From: an uncultured Spirochaetota bacterium | GTDB lineage: Bacteria; Spirochaetota; B62-G9; DRHN01 | DNA: 64,000 nucleotides | Direction: 5' to 3' | NCBI GenBank assembly: GCA_964583615.1 | Contig: CAZOWM010000002.1 | Coordinates: 8,050-72,049 of the forward strand | Shown here: positions 36,901-45,662 of the stretch, one piece after another | Numbering within the stretch: the first letter of the stretch is position 1 | How the letters are laid out: each line of letters opens with the position of its first letter | The notes under the pieces: model-generated | The model's database searches: none | What the model was told of the DNA's origin: nothing | The model's input: the letters and a program-made list of their open reading frames with translations, nothing else | Program-made: the position numbers and the translations under genes

Positions 36901-38285
36901 CGCTCACAGACACCTTCAAGATAATGCTTAACTCTCAGCCAACTGACTCCGTTGTCATCGACATCACGAGCACGGACACGAACGAGGTCGACGTGAGTCC
37001 GGCGAGCATCACTTTCCTGACCACAAACTGGAGCACATCGCAGACCATCACCGTGACTGGTGTGGATGACTGGCTTGTTGACAGCGTGAACCCAAAAACC
37101 ATCGAGATCAAGCTCGGACCCGCATCGAGCGCGGACACGGATTACGACACTATGCTTATCGACTCCGTGTACGTGCACAACCTCGACGATGAAATACCAC
37201 CCGAAGTGCTCATACTCGGCCCGTCAAACGAATTCATCACCACAGATCTCGTGACCACGGAAAACGGCGGCACTTCGGAGTTCAAAGTGATTTTGAACTC
37301 CGCACCCACAGCTGACGTTGACATCACCATTTCGAGCAGCCTTCCGAGCGAGGGCACGCTCATTCCTGCGGATCCGCTCACCCTCACCTTCACCCCCTCG
37401 GACTGGAACGTGGCGCAGAGAATTACGATCGCAGGTGTGGACGACATGGTGCCGGACACAGAACAGTTTTACACCATCGACCTGGGCAGCACTGCAAGCG
37501 CAGACCCCTTCTGGGACATGATCCCTGCGGGAAGCGTCAGCGTGGTGAACAAGCCTCTTATCACCATGCTCGACTACGGCTGGTCGTCGGCCGTTGCAGC
37601 AGAACCGTTCACCAGCATCGGTCCTTCAGGAACCGGAACAGGCACTCCCCTGAGCTTCGTGGACACCGACCCGCTCGATCTGTACCCGCCCGAGGACGAG
37701 GGCTACCAGTTCGTGGATATCGGGTTTCCATTCTACTACATGGGGATGCGCCACACGCGCGTCGTGGTGTACACAAACGGGTACATGATCTTTTCCCCCT
37801 ACCCCAACACCATAAATGTGTATGTGAACGGTATTCTCTTCGCGGACAAGCTGGACCCGACCGACGGCGAATACGCAATCGGCTTCGAAAACGCGATTGC
37901 GCCCTGGTGGGACGACTTAAACGTAGGAGACGCGGGAAGCGGCGTGTACTTTGAAAGAAGCGGCCTGGTGGGAAACAGGGTGCTCACCATAGAGTGGGAA
38001 AACGCGCGGTATAATACGGGAAACGATATATTCAACTTTCAACTAAAGCTCTACGAGGCAGACTATTCCATAGAGTTCATCTACGGGACATCTGTAAACG
38101 GGTCGGGGAATGCCTCCGCGTGCATGGGAATACGAGACGACGTGGGAGGAGTTGACCGCACCATCGACGCCTTCAACGGCAACAGAACAACAGTGACGAG
38201 CAGCCCGTTCACCTCAGCGGACAGGGGCACGGGCGACTATCCCGTAGCCGACACAATAATACAGTTTCTGCCGATGATCTATTGA
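33927..38285 (+). CDS. giant surface lipoprotein with ~10 tandem Calx-beta-like repeats and C-terminal NIDO-like domain
   Basis: Start is ATG 33927, with GGAAGGGGA 4 nt upstream. Signal peptide with a lipobox-like LVGISSC. About ten 110-115-aa repeats of pattern PGITV.AGS.LVSE.G...F.VVLNSEP.D.V.I.VSS.DT.EG.V....LTFT..NW...QTVTVTG.DD...DGN..F.V.L....SAD.DY.GL. The C-terminal ~250 aa carry YMIFSPYP...IAPWWDDLNVGDAGSGVYFE, reminiscent of the NIDO domain motif (APFWADvD...G.VYY). Confidence 0.7.
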   Translation: MRTLPVTVFLLFGLLVGISSCFMVREDLYDAHNGSGSQGTGVDTPGITVDIGDGLITKEDLSLSDTFTVVLDTEPSATVTIGTIQSLDPGEATVSPSSLTFTTADWDIPKAVTVTGVDDAITDGMQTAVIDLGIASGGDYEGLDPGDVVVSNLDDEVSSSPAVIVLTGDGLITAEHPTAPLSDTFQVVLNSQPTADVSIGTISSTDISEVTVSPASITFSTANWDIPVTVTVTGVDDLENDGMKTVNINLGSTTSADANWDGMVLAPVSVHNLDNDAPKGISVIAGSQLIVSESGAECWFEVVLDSAPSAQVDIPVTLPDSTEGTITSPAAGILSFIAGNWDTAQTVIVTGVDDYEADGNTSFSVVLGAAVSADTDYSGMDPSDVAFLNIDNETPGITVYAGSSMLVSENGSSTFFEIVLNSEPSSTVTVNVSSTDTGEGTVAPTVLSFIAGNWDTAQTLSVSGVDDPAADWNKTFFIDITTSSADSDYNGLTQSVEFTCVDDDFPGMTVSAGTRMLVTETGGASEFDVVLNSEPSDTVTVTISSSNTLEGDVTAGASLTFIAANWSAPQTVTVTGIDDHIADGNINFTVSCVSSSPAADYDGLTKNIAFTNIDDNTPGVTVNAGSRMIVTESGIYSEFMVVLNSEPLDDVEICISSDTPAEGLVTIPAGGVLTFTSTDWFIAQSVTVTGQDDAAVDGNQNFRINFSATSLLDPAYDGIVIPDVDFLNIDDDSTVTKTITVVAGSSTLVSENGGESSFQIVLSSAPTDDVTIHVSSSDTTEGQVTDPPTGDVIFTPIDWTPKTVTVTGQDDDLYDGNVTFQVNLVNASSLDGDYNGLSPSPNILDFECVDDETPGITVSAGSSLLVSESDAVTGGSCSFEVVLNSEPTDDVTINVHSGDTTEGDILSGTTLTFTDTDWNMPQTVTVAGVDDFLVDGNQGFSIVLDSDILTADPYYNGLDPDDVSFTCVDDDAPGITVDIGDGLFTAEDPVTPLTDTFKIMLNSQPTDSVVIDITSTDTNEVDVSPASITFLTTNWSTSQTITVTGVDDWLVDSVNPKTIEIKLGPASSADTDYDTMLIDSVYVHNLDDEIPPEVLILGPSNEFITTDLVTTENGGTSEFKVILNSAPTADVDITISSSLPSEGTLIPADPLTLTFTPSDWNVAQRITIAGVDDMVPDTEQFYTIDLGSTASADPFWDMIPAGSVSVVNKPLITMLDYGWSSAVAAEPFTSIGPSGTGTGTPLSFVDTDPLDLYPPEDEGYQFVDIGFPFYYMGMRHTRVVVYTNGYMIFSPYPNTINVYVNGILFADKLDPTDGEYAIGFENAIAPWWDDLNVGDAGSGVYFERSGLVGNRVLTIEWENARYNTGNDIFNFQLKLYEADYSIEFIYGTSVNGSGNASACMGIRDDVGGVDRTIDAFNGNRTTVTSSPFTSADRGTGDYPVADTIIQFLPMIY
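34060..37500 (+). repeat. intragenic tandem coding repeats (~340 bp unit), some copies near-identical at DNA level
   Basis: An exact 34-nt duplicate gcttcattgctggaaactgggacactgcccagac occurs at 34929-34962 and 35269-35302. Repeat units 1 and 9 and units 2 and 9 are highly similar at the protein level. Confidence 0.7.
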
Positions 38286-38430
38286 TACACAAAAACCGTT
38301 CACGAGCTTCTTATTTTCTCTCTCCCCTTTCCCGGTGTGAAAAAACAACGGGGAAATATCCCTGTTGCATTTAATTCAGAAATATTAAGGAATGATCATT
38401 CCTGACCGCGAAGCAAACTGTACAGCAAAG

Positions 38431-39258
38431 TCATCTCCTTGATACGCTCACCTGCACAAGTTCTCCCCGCGCGAGAAAACCGAGTGCGGTGTACACATGT
38501 ATAGCACGGGTATTTGTTTTTTTCACGAAGAGTACGACCTTTCCGTAGCGATCAAAGAGGCGTGAGAGGTGAGCCGATACGATCGCCTTCCCGTATCCTT
38601 TTCCTCTGTACTCAGGCACGACGTACACAGACCCGATCTGGCATGTGCGCTCGAACCGCACGTTGACGCTTGCAAAGGCGACCGGCTTACGGCCTTCATA
38701 CACGGCAGTGACTTCCCCTCTTTCTATCCGCCGCCTCACAACCGCCGCGGTTTTCTTTTTACTGATCTCTGCGCTCCCCACCCCAAGCTCTTCGATCTCA
38801 TAGCCGATCTGCAGAGACGCAAGCTGATCCGCCTTCTCTACTGTCGGCTCCACTGCTTTTTCACACGGAACCGGAGTGAAACGGTCTTTTCGGACTTCCA
38901 TGAACAAAAAATCGCGCATGCGTTCGAACGACACCCCGGGGACAGCAGAGAGCTTTTCGATACTTGCCCTGTCGCCGAAGAGCACAGATGCGTGCGAAAA
39001 CCTCCTGAAAACGTACCGGCTGATTCGGCTGCACGCGCCTGACGAAAGCCCGTTTCGCAAAAACACATGCACGTACGAGCCGTTTTTCGTGTGAACGATC
39101 CCCACAGTCTCAGAGCCCGCAATCAGCCGCACACTTTCTGAGCGGCTGTTCGGAACAGAAATCCCTTCGAAAAGATAGAGATTACACGAGCCGTGTTTTT
39201 TCATCAGTTCAGTACAGAGTGTCCGGTCTTCAGCGCTCCTCACCCGTACCGCTTTCAT
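38431..39258 (-). CDS. GNAT-family N-acetyltransferase (two-domain)
   Basis: C-terminal acetyl-CoA-binding motif VYVVPEYRGKGYGKAIV. Start set to internal MKAVRV to avoid a divergent overlap with the downstream + strand gene. ATG at 39360 is also possible. Confidence 0.55.
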   Translation of the reverse strand: MKAVRVRSAEDRTLCTELMKKHGSCNLYLFEGISVPNSRSESVRLIAGSETVGIVHTKNGSYVHVFLRNGLSSGACSRISRYVFRRFSHASVLFGDRASIEKLSAVPGVSFERMRDFLFMEVRKDRFTPVPCEKAVEPTVEKADQLASLQIGYEIEELGVGSAEISKKKTAAVVRRRIERGEVTAVYEGRKPVAFASVNVRFERTCQIGSVYVVPEYRGKGYGKAIVSAHLSRLFDRYGKVVLFVKKTNTRAIHVYTALGFLARGELVQVSVSRR

Positions 39259-39319
39259 AGCAATCACCGCGCCGCTCTTTTGTTTACTCTCCGCCGCCAA
39301 AAGTCTATTATCTACGTGT

Positions 39320-39793
39320 ATGAGAAAAATGCCCTCACATCCCCTTTTCCAAGAAGGCATTCAGTTCGAGTGCACACGGTGCGGGAAATGCTGTACCGGG
39401 TATCCGGGATACGTCTACCTATCAGAACCCGACATCCTCGGAATGGCGCACTATCTCGGAATCAGCACGAAAGAATTCGTGAAACGGTACACACGGCTCG
39501 TCTTCATGTTCCACGAACAGAGGCTCTCTCTTGTTGAGAAGAATCAATATGACTGTGTGTTCTGGGACACGCTCTGCACGATCTATCCGGCACGCCCTCA
39601 CCAGTGCAGGACCTACCCCTTCTGGAAACGGCACCTCGTTTCAAAACGGGAGTGGGAGAAAACAGCCGCATTCTGTCCCGGCATCAACAGGGGAAGGGTC
39701 TACTCACAGAAAGAAATCGAGGAATTGATACGCAGTACTCCCAACTACGATATCCGACGTTTTTCCCCGCACCTGAAAAGAGAAATCCTATAA
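39320..39793 (+). CDS. YkgJ/UPF0153 family zinc/iron-chelating Cys-cluster protein
   Basis: FECTRCGKCCTGYPGYVYL plus downstream Cys residues (CVFWDTLCTIYPARPHQCRTYPFW), as in the YkgJ family. Confidence 0.7.
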   Translation: MRKMPSHPLFQEGIQFECTRCGKCCTGYPGYVYLSEPDILGMAHYLGISTKEFVKRYTRLVFMFHEQRLSLVEKNQYDCVFWDTLCTIYPARPHQCRTYPFWKRHLVSKREWEKTAAFCPGINRGRVYSQKEIEELIRSTPNYDIRRFSPHLKREIL

Positions 39794-39823
39794 AGGGGTG
39801 AAGCGCCCTTCAGCGCTTCCCCT

Positions 39824-41005
39824 TCATATGATTTCAAGCTTTTTTCCCACCTCTTTAAACACCTCGAGCGCATAGTCGAGCTGCTCGTCCGTATGGGTAG
39901 CAGTGTAGCTCGTCCGTATGAGCGAGCTTCCCGCAGGAACAGCGGGGGGAATCACAGGGTTTACGAACAGGCCCTTTTCCGTGACTTCACGCCACACCGT
40001 CAGGCACTGATCCATCTCTCCGATGATGAGGGGAATGATCGGTGTCTGTGAAGGTCCCACGTTGTACCCCATCTCTCTGAATGCGGTCCTCATCCGATCT
40101 GCGATCCGCAGGAGACGAGTTCTCCGCTCGGGCTCATTCGTGACGATGTCGATTGCCACGTTCACTGCTCCGAGGACGGCAGGCGGGAGGCTTGCGGTAA
40201 ATATAAGCGCCCGTGAGTGGTGCTTGAGGTAATTGATCACCTGATGGCCGGAAACCGCAAATCCTCCGATTGTTGCGAAGGACTTGCTGAAGGTGGCCAT
40301 CTGAATATCGACTTCGTCCTCGACGCCGAAATGTTCCGCTGCTCCACGTCCGTTTTTGCCGAGCACGCCGATTGCGTGCGCTTCGTCCACCATTACCCGT
40401 GCCCCGTAGCGGCGCGCAAGGTCCACGATCCCGGGCAGGTTTGCGATATCCCCTTCCATGCTGAACACGCCGTCAACAACGATGAGCTTCCCCGCATTCC
40501 GGTCGGACAGTTCCAGCACCCTCTTCAGATCATCCATGTCGTTGTGCTTGAACTTCACCACCTTCCCGAAGGAAAGACGAACTCCGTCGATGATACTCGC
40601 ATGGTCCGCCCTGTCGACGTAGACGATATCTTCTTTCCCGATAATGGTGGACAAAACCCCCTGATTTGTGAGCATACCGGTTGAGAAAAGCAGTGCGCTC
40701 TCCCTGTGCATGAAACGGGCGATCTTTTCCTCGAGCTCCTCGTGGAGATCGAGCGTGCCGTTTAAAAACCGGGAGCCTGCACAGCCGGTTCCATGCCGGT
40801 GCAACTCCTGTATCGCACCTTCGATCATCCGCTGATCGAAGGTGAGTCCCAGATAGGAGTTGGAACCGAGCATGATCATCTTTTTCCCGTCTATGTAGAC
40901 TTCCGTGTCGTTCCCCGTTTCAATGGCTCTGAAGTAGGGGTAAAGTCCTTTGGCTCTGTACTCTTCGACAAGAGAGTAGTTGTACGCTTTTTGAAATATG
41001 TCCAT
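39824..41005 (-). CDS. alpha-oxoamine synthase family PLP enzyme (8-amino-7-oxononanoate synthase / 2-amino-3-ketobutyrate CoA ligase / serine palmitoyltransferase-like)
   Basis: 393 aa. PLP-lysine motif ATFSKSFATIGG and a GSNSYLGL N-terminal motif. No bioA/bioD or tdh nearby. Confidence 0.8.
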   Translation of the reverse strand: MDIFQKAYNYSLVEEYRAKGLYPYFRAIETGNDTEVYIDGKKMIMLGSNSYLGLTFDQRMIEGAIQELHRHGTGCAGSRFLNGTLDLHEELEEKIARFMHRESALLFSTGMLTNQGVLSTIIGKEDIVYVDRADHASIIDGVRLSFGKVVKFKHNDMDDLKRVLELSDRNAGKLIVVDGVFSMEGDIANLPGIVDLARRYGARVMVDEAHAIGVLGKNGRGAAEHFGVEDEVDIQMATFSKSFATIGGFAVSGHQVINYLKHHSRALIFTASLPPAVLGAVNVAIDIVTNEPERRTRLLRIADRMRTAFREMGYNVGPSQTPIIPLIIGEMDQCLTVWREVTEKGLFVNPVIPPAVPAGSSLIRTSYTATHTDEQLDYALEVFKEVGKKLEII

Positions 41006-41161
41006 GAAGTCTCTCCTGAGTGCTTAAATATATCATATATATAAAAAAAGTAAAACTTCAAAGATCCAGTCGACGGAAAAATTTCAGAAAAGGAGATGAA
41101 TTTTGCCGATGATAGTACTATACTAAGAGTAGAAAACCGACACGGATGCGAAGGAGCGTGT

Positions 41162-41647
41162 ATGAAAAGGGTACTGATATTTATCACCGCACTTGTGCTT
41201 GTAATCGTCGCGGGCATCACTTACGGGCAGAGGGTTGTTCGTCTCGGCGACCTCCCCACGAGTGATTCCAGCATCAATATCTATCAGGTTTTTGGGTTTC
41301 AGGAATCCTACGAAGGGTATAAAATCACCTATATCGATAACCAAAATGAACCTCAGTACCTCTTTCTTCCAGCGGAACTCCTCAACAAGGTAAGAATCTA
41401 CACCCCGCAGAACAACACGTACAGCCAGAATTTCCTCATCATCTGGAAAAAGGAAAGCAGCATCACCAAGGTGGAATGGTACAAACCCCATGCGGTCGAC
41501 TACAAACTTCCTTACTATTCCCTCGATCCGTTCCAGGAAAAGGACAAAGAGATCTTTAGAAAGATCGTCTCAAACGGAGAGATCGTGCTCGGTACAGAGC
41601 TCGGAGGAACTGCACCGACCATTCAGGCTCCCGGAGGAGGCCAGTAG
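41162..41647 (+). CDS. secreted hypothetical protein
   Basis: MKRVLIFITALVLVIVAGITYGQ signal peptide, then a Tyr/Asn-rich domain with no match I recognise. Confidence 0.45.
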   Translation: MKRVLIFITALVLVIVAGITYGQRVVRLGDLPTSDSSINIYQVFGFQESYEGYKITYIDNQNEPQYLFLPAELLNKVRIYTPQNNTYSQNFLIIWKKESSITKVEWYKPHAVDYKLPYYSLDPFQEKDKEIFRKIVSNGEIVLGTELGGTAPTIQAPGGGQ

Positions 41648-41706
41648 CGGGAAACCGCACCACATGCACGCCAATCTCACCGAACAGGTGAGATTTTTTT
41701 TCTGTC

Positions 41707-43008
41707 CTACAGGGAACAGTGTTGTTCAAAAACGTCAAAGTAACTGGGATAGGACACGTTCACGCATTCCGCATCCTCTATCTGCGAACGGCCCCTGATG
41801 TTGGCCGCAATGACCGATGCCGCCATCGCGATACGGTGGTCGCAGGAGCACGGGACCCGTGCTGCCGAAAGCTTTTTGCTCCCTGTGATCAGAAAGCCGT
41901 CCTCACGCTCACTGATGTCTCCGCCGAAAGCCCTGACCATATCCACAATGCTCCTGATCCGGTCACTCTCCTTCACACGGAGCTCTGATGCGCCCCTGAC
42001 GACCGTTTCTCCCCTGGCGAAACATGCAGCTGCAGCAATTGTGGGGATTTCGTCGATGATGAGCGGTATCTCGACTCCACCGATTGTGGTTCCCTTCAAT
42101 CGGGAGCTTTTTACGCGCACCGACCCCATGGGCTCGGGCAACTCATCGTCAACCTTGACCTCAATGTTCCCGCCCATTCTCCCGAACACGTCGAGCACGT
42201 GTGCTCTGGTGTGGTTGAGAAGCACCTTTTCCACAACGATCTCCGACCCCGGGAGTGTGAGGGCAAGGGCAATGAAAAACACTGCGGATGATAGATCGCC
42301 CGGTATGGTGATGTCAAGCGGCGTGAGCTCTCTTCTCCCGGACACAATGATCTGCTTTTCGTGCACAAAGCTTCGCTTCTTGAGGTCCCCGTTCATCAGA
42401 ATGAGCATGCGCTCCGTGTGGTCCCGCGTGTCGCTGAACTCGGTGATCACCGAGCGTCCCTGAATAAAAAGTGCTGCAAGTATGAACGCGCTCTTCACCT
42501 GTGCGCTCGCAACCGGCACCTTGTATTCAAAGGGAACGAGTCTGCTTAGCCCGATTTCAACCGGAAGGTGCCCGTTGTCCGCGCTGATCCGTGCACCGAT
42601 CTCCCGAAGGGGGCGCACCACTCTGTCCATCGGACGCCTGCTGAGAGACTGGTCACCGGTCAATCGGGCCGGGACTCCCGCGCCGCTCAGCAGTCCCATG
42701 AGAAGACGGGCAGTGGTTCCCGAGTTGCCGCAGTCGATTCGAAGAGGCGCACTTCGTCTTTGTTTTTCGAAACCGTGTAATCCCCTTCCCTCGATCAGGA
42801 CTTTTCCGTTTTTGTTATATACCGGCACTTCGAGTGTACGGATCGCATCGATGGTGGAGCGAACGTCCTGCGCTTGGGAGAGCCCGGCGAGCGTGCTCGT
42901 TCCGCTTGCTATGCTTGCGAGCATGACCGCTCTGTGGGATATGGACTTGTCACCTGGTACGGTGACGACCCCTGAGATCCGTTTTCTTCCCTCAACATCC
43001 CTTACCAT
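41707..43008 (-). CDS. aroA: 3-phosphoshikimate 1-carboxyvinyltransferase (EPSP synthase)
   Basis: 433 aa. VPGDKSISHRA, GNSGTTARLL and the EPSPS two-domain layout. Confidence 0.9.
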   Translation of the reverse strand: MVRDVEGRKRISGVVTVPGDKSISHRAVMLASIASGTSTLAGLSQAQDVRSTIDAIRTLEVPVYNKNGKVLIEGRGLHGFEKQRRSAPLRIDCGNSGTTARLLMGLLSGAGVPARLTGDQSLSRRPMDRVVRPLREIGARISADNGHLPVEIGLSRLVPFEYKVPVASAQVKSAFILAALFIQGRSVITEFSDTRDHTERMLILMNGDLKKRSFVHEKQIIVSGRRELTPLDITIPGDLSSAVFFIALALTLPGSEIVVEKVLLNHTRAHVLDVFGRMGGNIEVKVDDELPEPMGSVRVKSSRLKGTTIGGVEIPLIIDEIPTIAAAACFARGETVVRGASELRVKESDRIRSIVDMVRAFGGDISEREDGFLITGSKKLSAARVPCSCDHRIAMAASVIAANIRGRSQIEDAECVNVSYPSYFDVFEQHCSL

Positions 43009-43294
43009 TTCCGGTCCGGTTCCCTTTCTCGATATCGTAGGATCCCTGAAAAATTGCCCTGTAGACCTTTCTTATCGCCTCTTTCGTGCGCCCGTCCGTC
43101 CGAAGGGCCTCGATTCGCTCTTCAATACGTTTTTCTCTGCTTCGATCAACAACAGGCAGGTTTTTTTTTCGCTTGAGGGCGCCGATCGCCTCGACCATCC
43201 GGGCCCTCCTCAAAAGAAGGCCGGTGATCTTACGGTCAACAGAATCTATGCGTTTTCTCAGCCCTGCGATATTTTTTCTCGCCATTTTTCCCAA
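42992..43294 (-). CDS. chorismate mutase (AroQ class, small)
   Basis: 100 aa. LRKRIDSVDRKITGLLLRRARMVEAIGALK is the CM type II helix-1 motif (R..ID.ID..LL.LL.ER). Overlaps aroA start by 17 nt. Confidence 0.7.
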   Translation of the reverse strand: MGKMARKNIAGLRKRIDSVDRKITGLLLRRARMVEAIGALKRKKNLPVVDRSREKRIEERIEALRTDGRTKEAIRKVYRAIFQGSYDIEKGNRTGNGKGC

Positions 43295-43407
43295 TAATAA
43301 TACTATTTCACGGATTTGTGGACAACATGAAGTGTCAAAGAATTTTCACCTAAACTTTCCCTCGCCCATTCACTATATTTGAGAAAGCAGAACGCAGGGA
43401 GAAAAAA

Positions 43408-44394
43408 ATGAAAAAGAGAAAGCTTGGAAAAACGGGATTCGAGGTAACAGAAATCTCAATCGGCACCTGGCAGCTCGGCGGCCGCTGGGGCGAACCCTAC
43501 GAGGAAAAAAATGCAATGGACACGCTCAACAGGGCAGCCGACCTGGGAGTGAACTTTTTCGATACAGCCGACGTATACGGCGACAGAAGAAGCGAACACT
43601 CAATCGGGAAGTTTTTGAAAACGAGGAGCGAACGTATCTACGTGGCAACGAAGTGCGGCCGGCGCCTTGACCCCCACGTGCCTGAAGGATACAACGACAA
43701 AAACATCCGTTCTTTCGTTGAACAGAGTCTACAGAACATGGGCCTCGAGGTGCTCGATCTCATACAGCTGCACTGTCCGCCTACCGAGGTGTACTACAGG
43801 CCGGAGGTGTTCGAAACTCTGGACGCGCTGAAACAGGAGGGGAAGATCCTTCACTATGGGGTCAGTGTTGAAAAAGTCGAGGAGGCGCTGAAGGCGATCG
43901 AGTACCCGAACTGCGCAACTGTCCAGATCATCTTCAACATGTTTCGCCAGCGGCCTGCAGAGCTCTTCTTCAAGGAAGCGAAAAAGAAAAACGTGGGCGT
44001 GATCGTGCGTGTCCCTCTTGCAAGCGGGCTCCTTACCGGCAAGTTCGGCAGGGACACGAAGTTCGGGAAGGGAGACCACCGATTCTTCAACAGGGAGGGA
44101 AAGTTCTTCGACAAAGGTGAGACCTTTTCAGGCGTGGATTATGCAACCGGGCTTGCTGCAGTCGAAGAGCTCAGAAAGCTGTTCGGAGACGGAACGCCCC
44201 TCGCACGGACCGCGCTGCGATGGATTCTCATGTTCGACGAGGTGAGCGTCGTCATTCCCGGCGCGAGCACTGTGAGCCAGGTGGAACCGAATGTCCGCGC
44301 TGCGGAACTCGATCCCCTGAGCGATGAGCAGATGCGAAAAGTCGAAGGCATCTACACCCGTTACTTTAAATCCGTCGTGCATCACCTCTGGTAG
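43408..44394 (+). CDS. aldo/keto reductase
   Basis: GKTGFEVTEISIGTW, FFDTADVYG. 328 aa. Confidence 0.8.
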   Translation: MKKRKLGKTGFEVTEISIGTWQLGGRWGEPYEEKNAMDTLNRAADLGVNFFDTADVYGDRRSEHSIGKFLKTRSERIYVATKCGRRLDPHVPEGYNDKNIRSFVEQSLQNMGLEVLDLIQLHCPPTEVYYRPEVFETLDALKQEGKILHYGVSVEKVEEALKAIEYPNCATVQIIFNMFRQRPAELFFKEAKKKNVGVIVRVPLASGLLTGKFGRDTKFGKGDHRFFNREGKFFDKGETFSGVDYATGLAAVEELRKLFGDGTPLARTALRWILMFDEVSVVIPGASTVSQVEPNVRAAELDPLSDEQMRKVEGIYTRYFKSVVHHLW

Positions 44395-44397
44395 AAA

Positions 44398-44622
44398 ATG
44401 AGCGATTTTGAGAGGATTGCCACAGTAGAAAACGATATCGAGGCCGGGCTTGTGGAGGCCGTGCTGAAGGAGCATCGCATTCCCTTTATCCTGCGGTCCC
44501 ACTACGACACTGCCTACGACGGGCTCTACCAGGCACAGAAAGGCTGGGGTGAGCTTCTCGCACCCCCGCGCTTCAGAGAAGCAATACTGCAGATACTCTC
44601 CGATCTGCGAAAAGAACGGTAA
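44398..44622 (+). CDS. small hypothetical protein (DUF2007-like?)
   Basis: 74-aa ORF in a 3-nt gap between the AKR and acpS genes on the same strand. Annotation is tentative. Confidence 0.4.
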   Translation: MSDFERIATVENDIEAGLVEAVLKEHRIPFILRSHYDTAYDGLYQAQKGWGELLAPPRFREAILQILSDLRKER

Positions 44623-44664
44623 TACACACCTGGAACCAAAACCGGGAGAACACGGACAAAAGAG

Positions 44665-45096
44665 ATGATCGTCGGACACGGTGTCGATATCATAAGCATT
44701 TCGCGGATCGAATCGGCGGTTTTGCGTTTCGGGGAAAAATTTCTCAGGCGAATCTACACTGACAATGAAACCACGCTTCTGAACCGGCGCAGGAAGGGCA
44801 CCTCCCAGTACCTTGCAGCGCTCTGGGCTGCAAAGGAAGCAGCCATGAAGGCGCTCGGGACAGGCGCGCGACAGGGAGTTCGCTTCAGAGACATAGAGAT
44901 ACTCCACGAGCCGTCCGGAAAACCGTTCATCCGGCTGTACGGCACTGCTCTGGAAACCGCAAAACGCATCGGTGCAGACCACATGGTCGTGAGTTTGTCG
45001 CATCTTGCGGACAATGCGACTGCATCGGTCATTTTCGAACATATAGGGAACAAAAAATCATCACACAGAGAGACCACTCACAGGGGGAAAACATGA
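44665..45096 (+). CDS. acpS: holo-[acyl-carrier-protein] synthase
   Basis: MIVGHGVDIISISRIE...WAAKEAAMKALGTG, classic AcpS motifs. Confidence 0.8.
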   Translation: MIVGHGVDIISISRIESAVLRFGEKFLRRIYTDNETTLLNRRRKGTSQYLAALWAAKEAAMKALGTGARQGVRFRDIEILHEPSGKPFIRLYGTALETAKRIGADHMVVSLSHLADNATASVIFEHIGNKKSSHRETTHRGKT

Positions 45097-45644
45097 AACG
45101 GGAGGACGCATACAGCCTGCTCACAGAGTACACAAAAAAGGACAACCTCATAAAGCACGCGCTCGCTGTCGAGGCCGCAATGAGGGAGTACGCCAAAAAG
45201 TTCGGCGAAGAAGAAAACATCTGGGGAGCGGTGGGATTGCTCCATGACTTCGACTATGAGAAATACCCTGACGCGGAAAACCACCCCTACAGGGGAGCTG
45301 AAATTCTCCGCGAGCGGGGGATACCGGAGGAGTGGATAACCGCGATTCTGGGGCACGCCGACTACACAGGGGTGAAACGCGAGACTATAATGGCAAAGAC
45401 GCTTTTCGCAGTTGACGAGCTCACGGGGTTCCTCGTTGCGGTTTCGCTCGTGCGGCCGTCAAAAAAGATCGTCGATGTTTCGGTCACGTCAGTGAAAAAA
45501 AAGCTCAAGGACAAAACATTCGCCGCTTCGGTGAGCCGCGAGGACATCAGCCGCGGGGCGGAAGAAATCGGCGTTCCCCTCGAAGAGCATATCGATTTCG
45601 TGCTCGGCGCCATGAAAAAGATCTCAGACCAGCTCGGCCTGTAG
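45093..45644 (+). CDS. HD/HDIG domain phosphohydrolase
   Basis: H...HD motif (KHALAVEAA ... GLLHDFDY). 183 aa. Overlaps acpS by 4 nt. Confidence 0.7.
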   Translation: MKREDAYSLLTEYTKKDNLIKHALAVEAAMREYAKKFGEEENIWGAVGLLHDFDYEKYPDAENHPYRGAEILRERGIPEEWITAILGHADYTGVKRETIMAKTLFAVDELTGFLVAVSLVRPSKKIVDVSVTSVKKKLKDKTFAASVSREDISRGAEEIGVPLEEHIDFVLGAMKKISDQLGL

Positions 45645-45662
45645 GGAAAAAGGAATTCCGCC

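Noticed and set aside
38286-38430. Possible bidirectional terminator between the convergent adhesin and GNAT genes
   Set aside because: Only a 6-bp stem (tttccc/gggaaa) with a 17-nt loop and no flanking U-run was found. This is too weak to call.
44128-45042. 304-aa minus-strand ORF
   Set aside because: It lies antisense across three well-supported + strand genes (AKR, small ORF, acpS) and has no recognisable motifs. It is most likely a shadow ORF.
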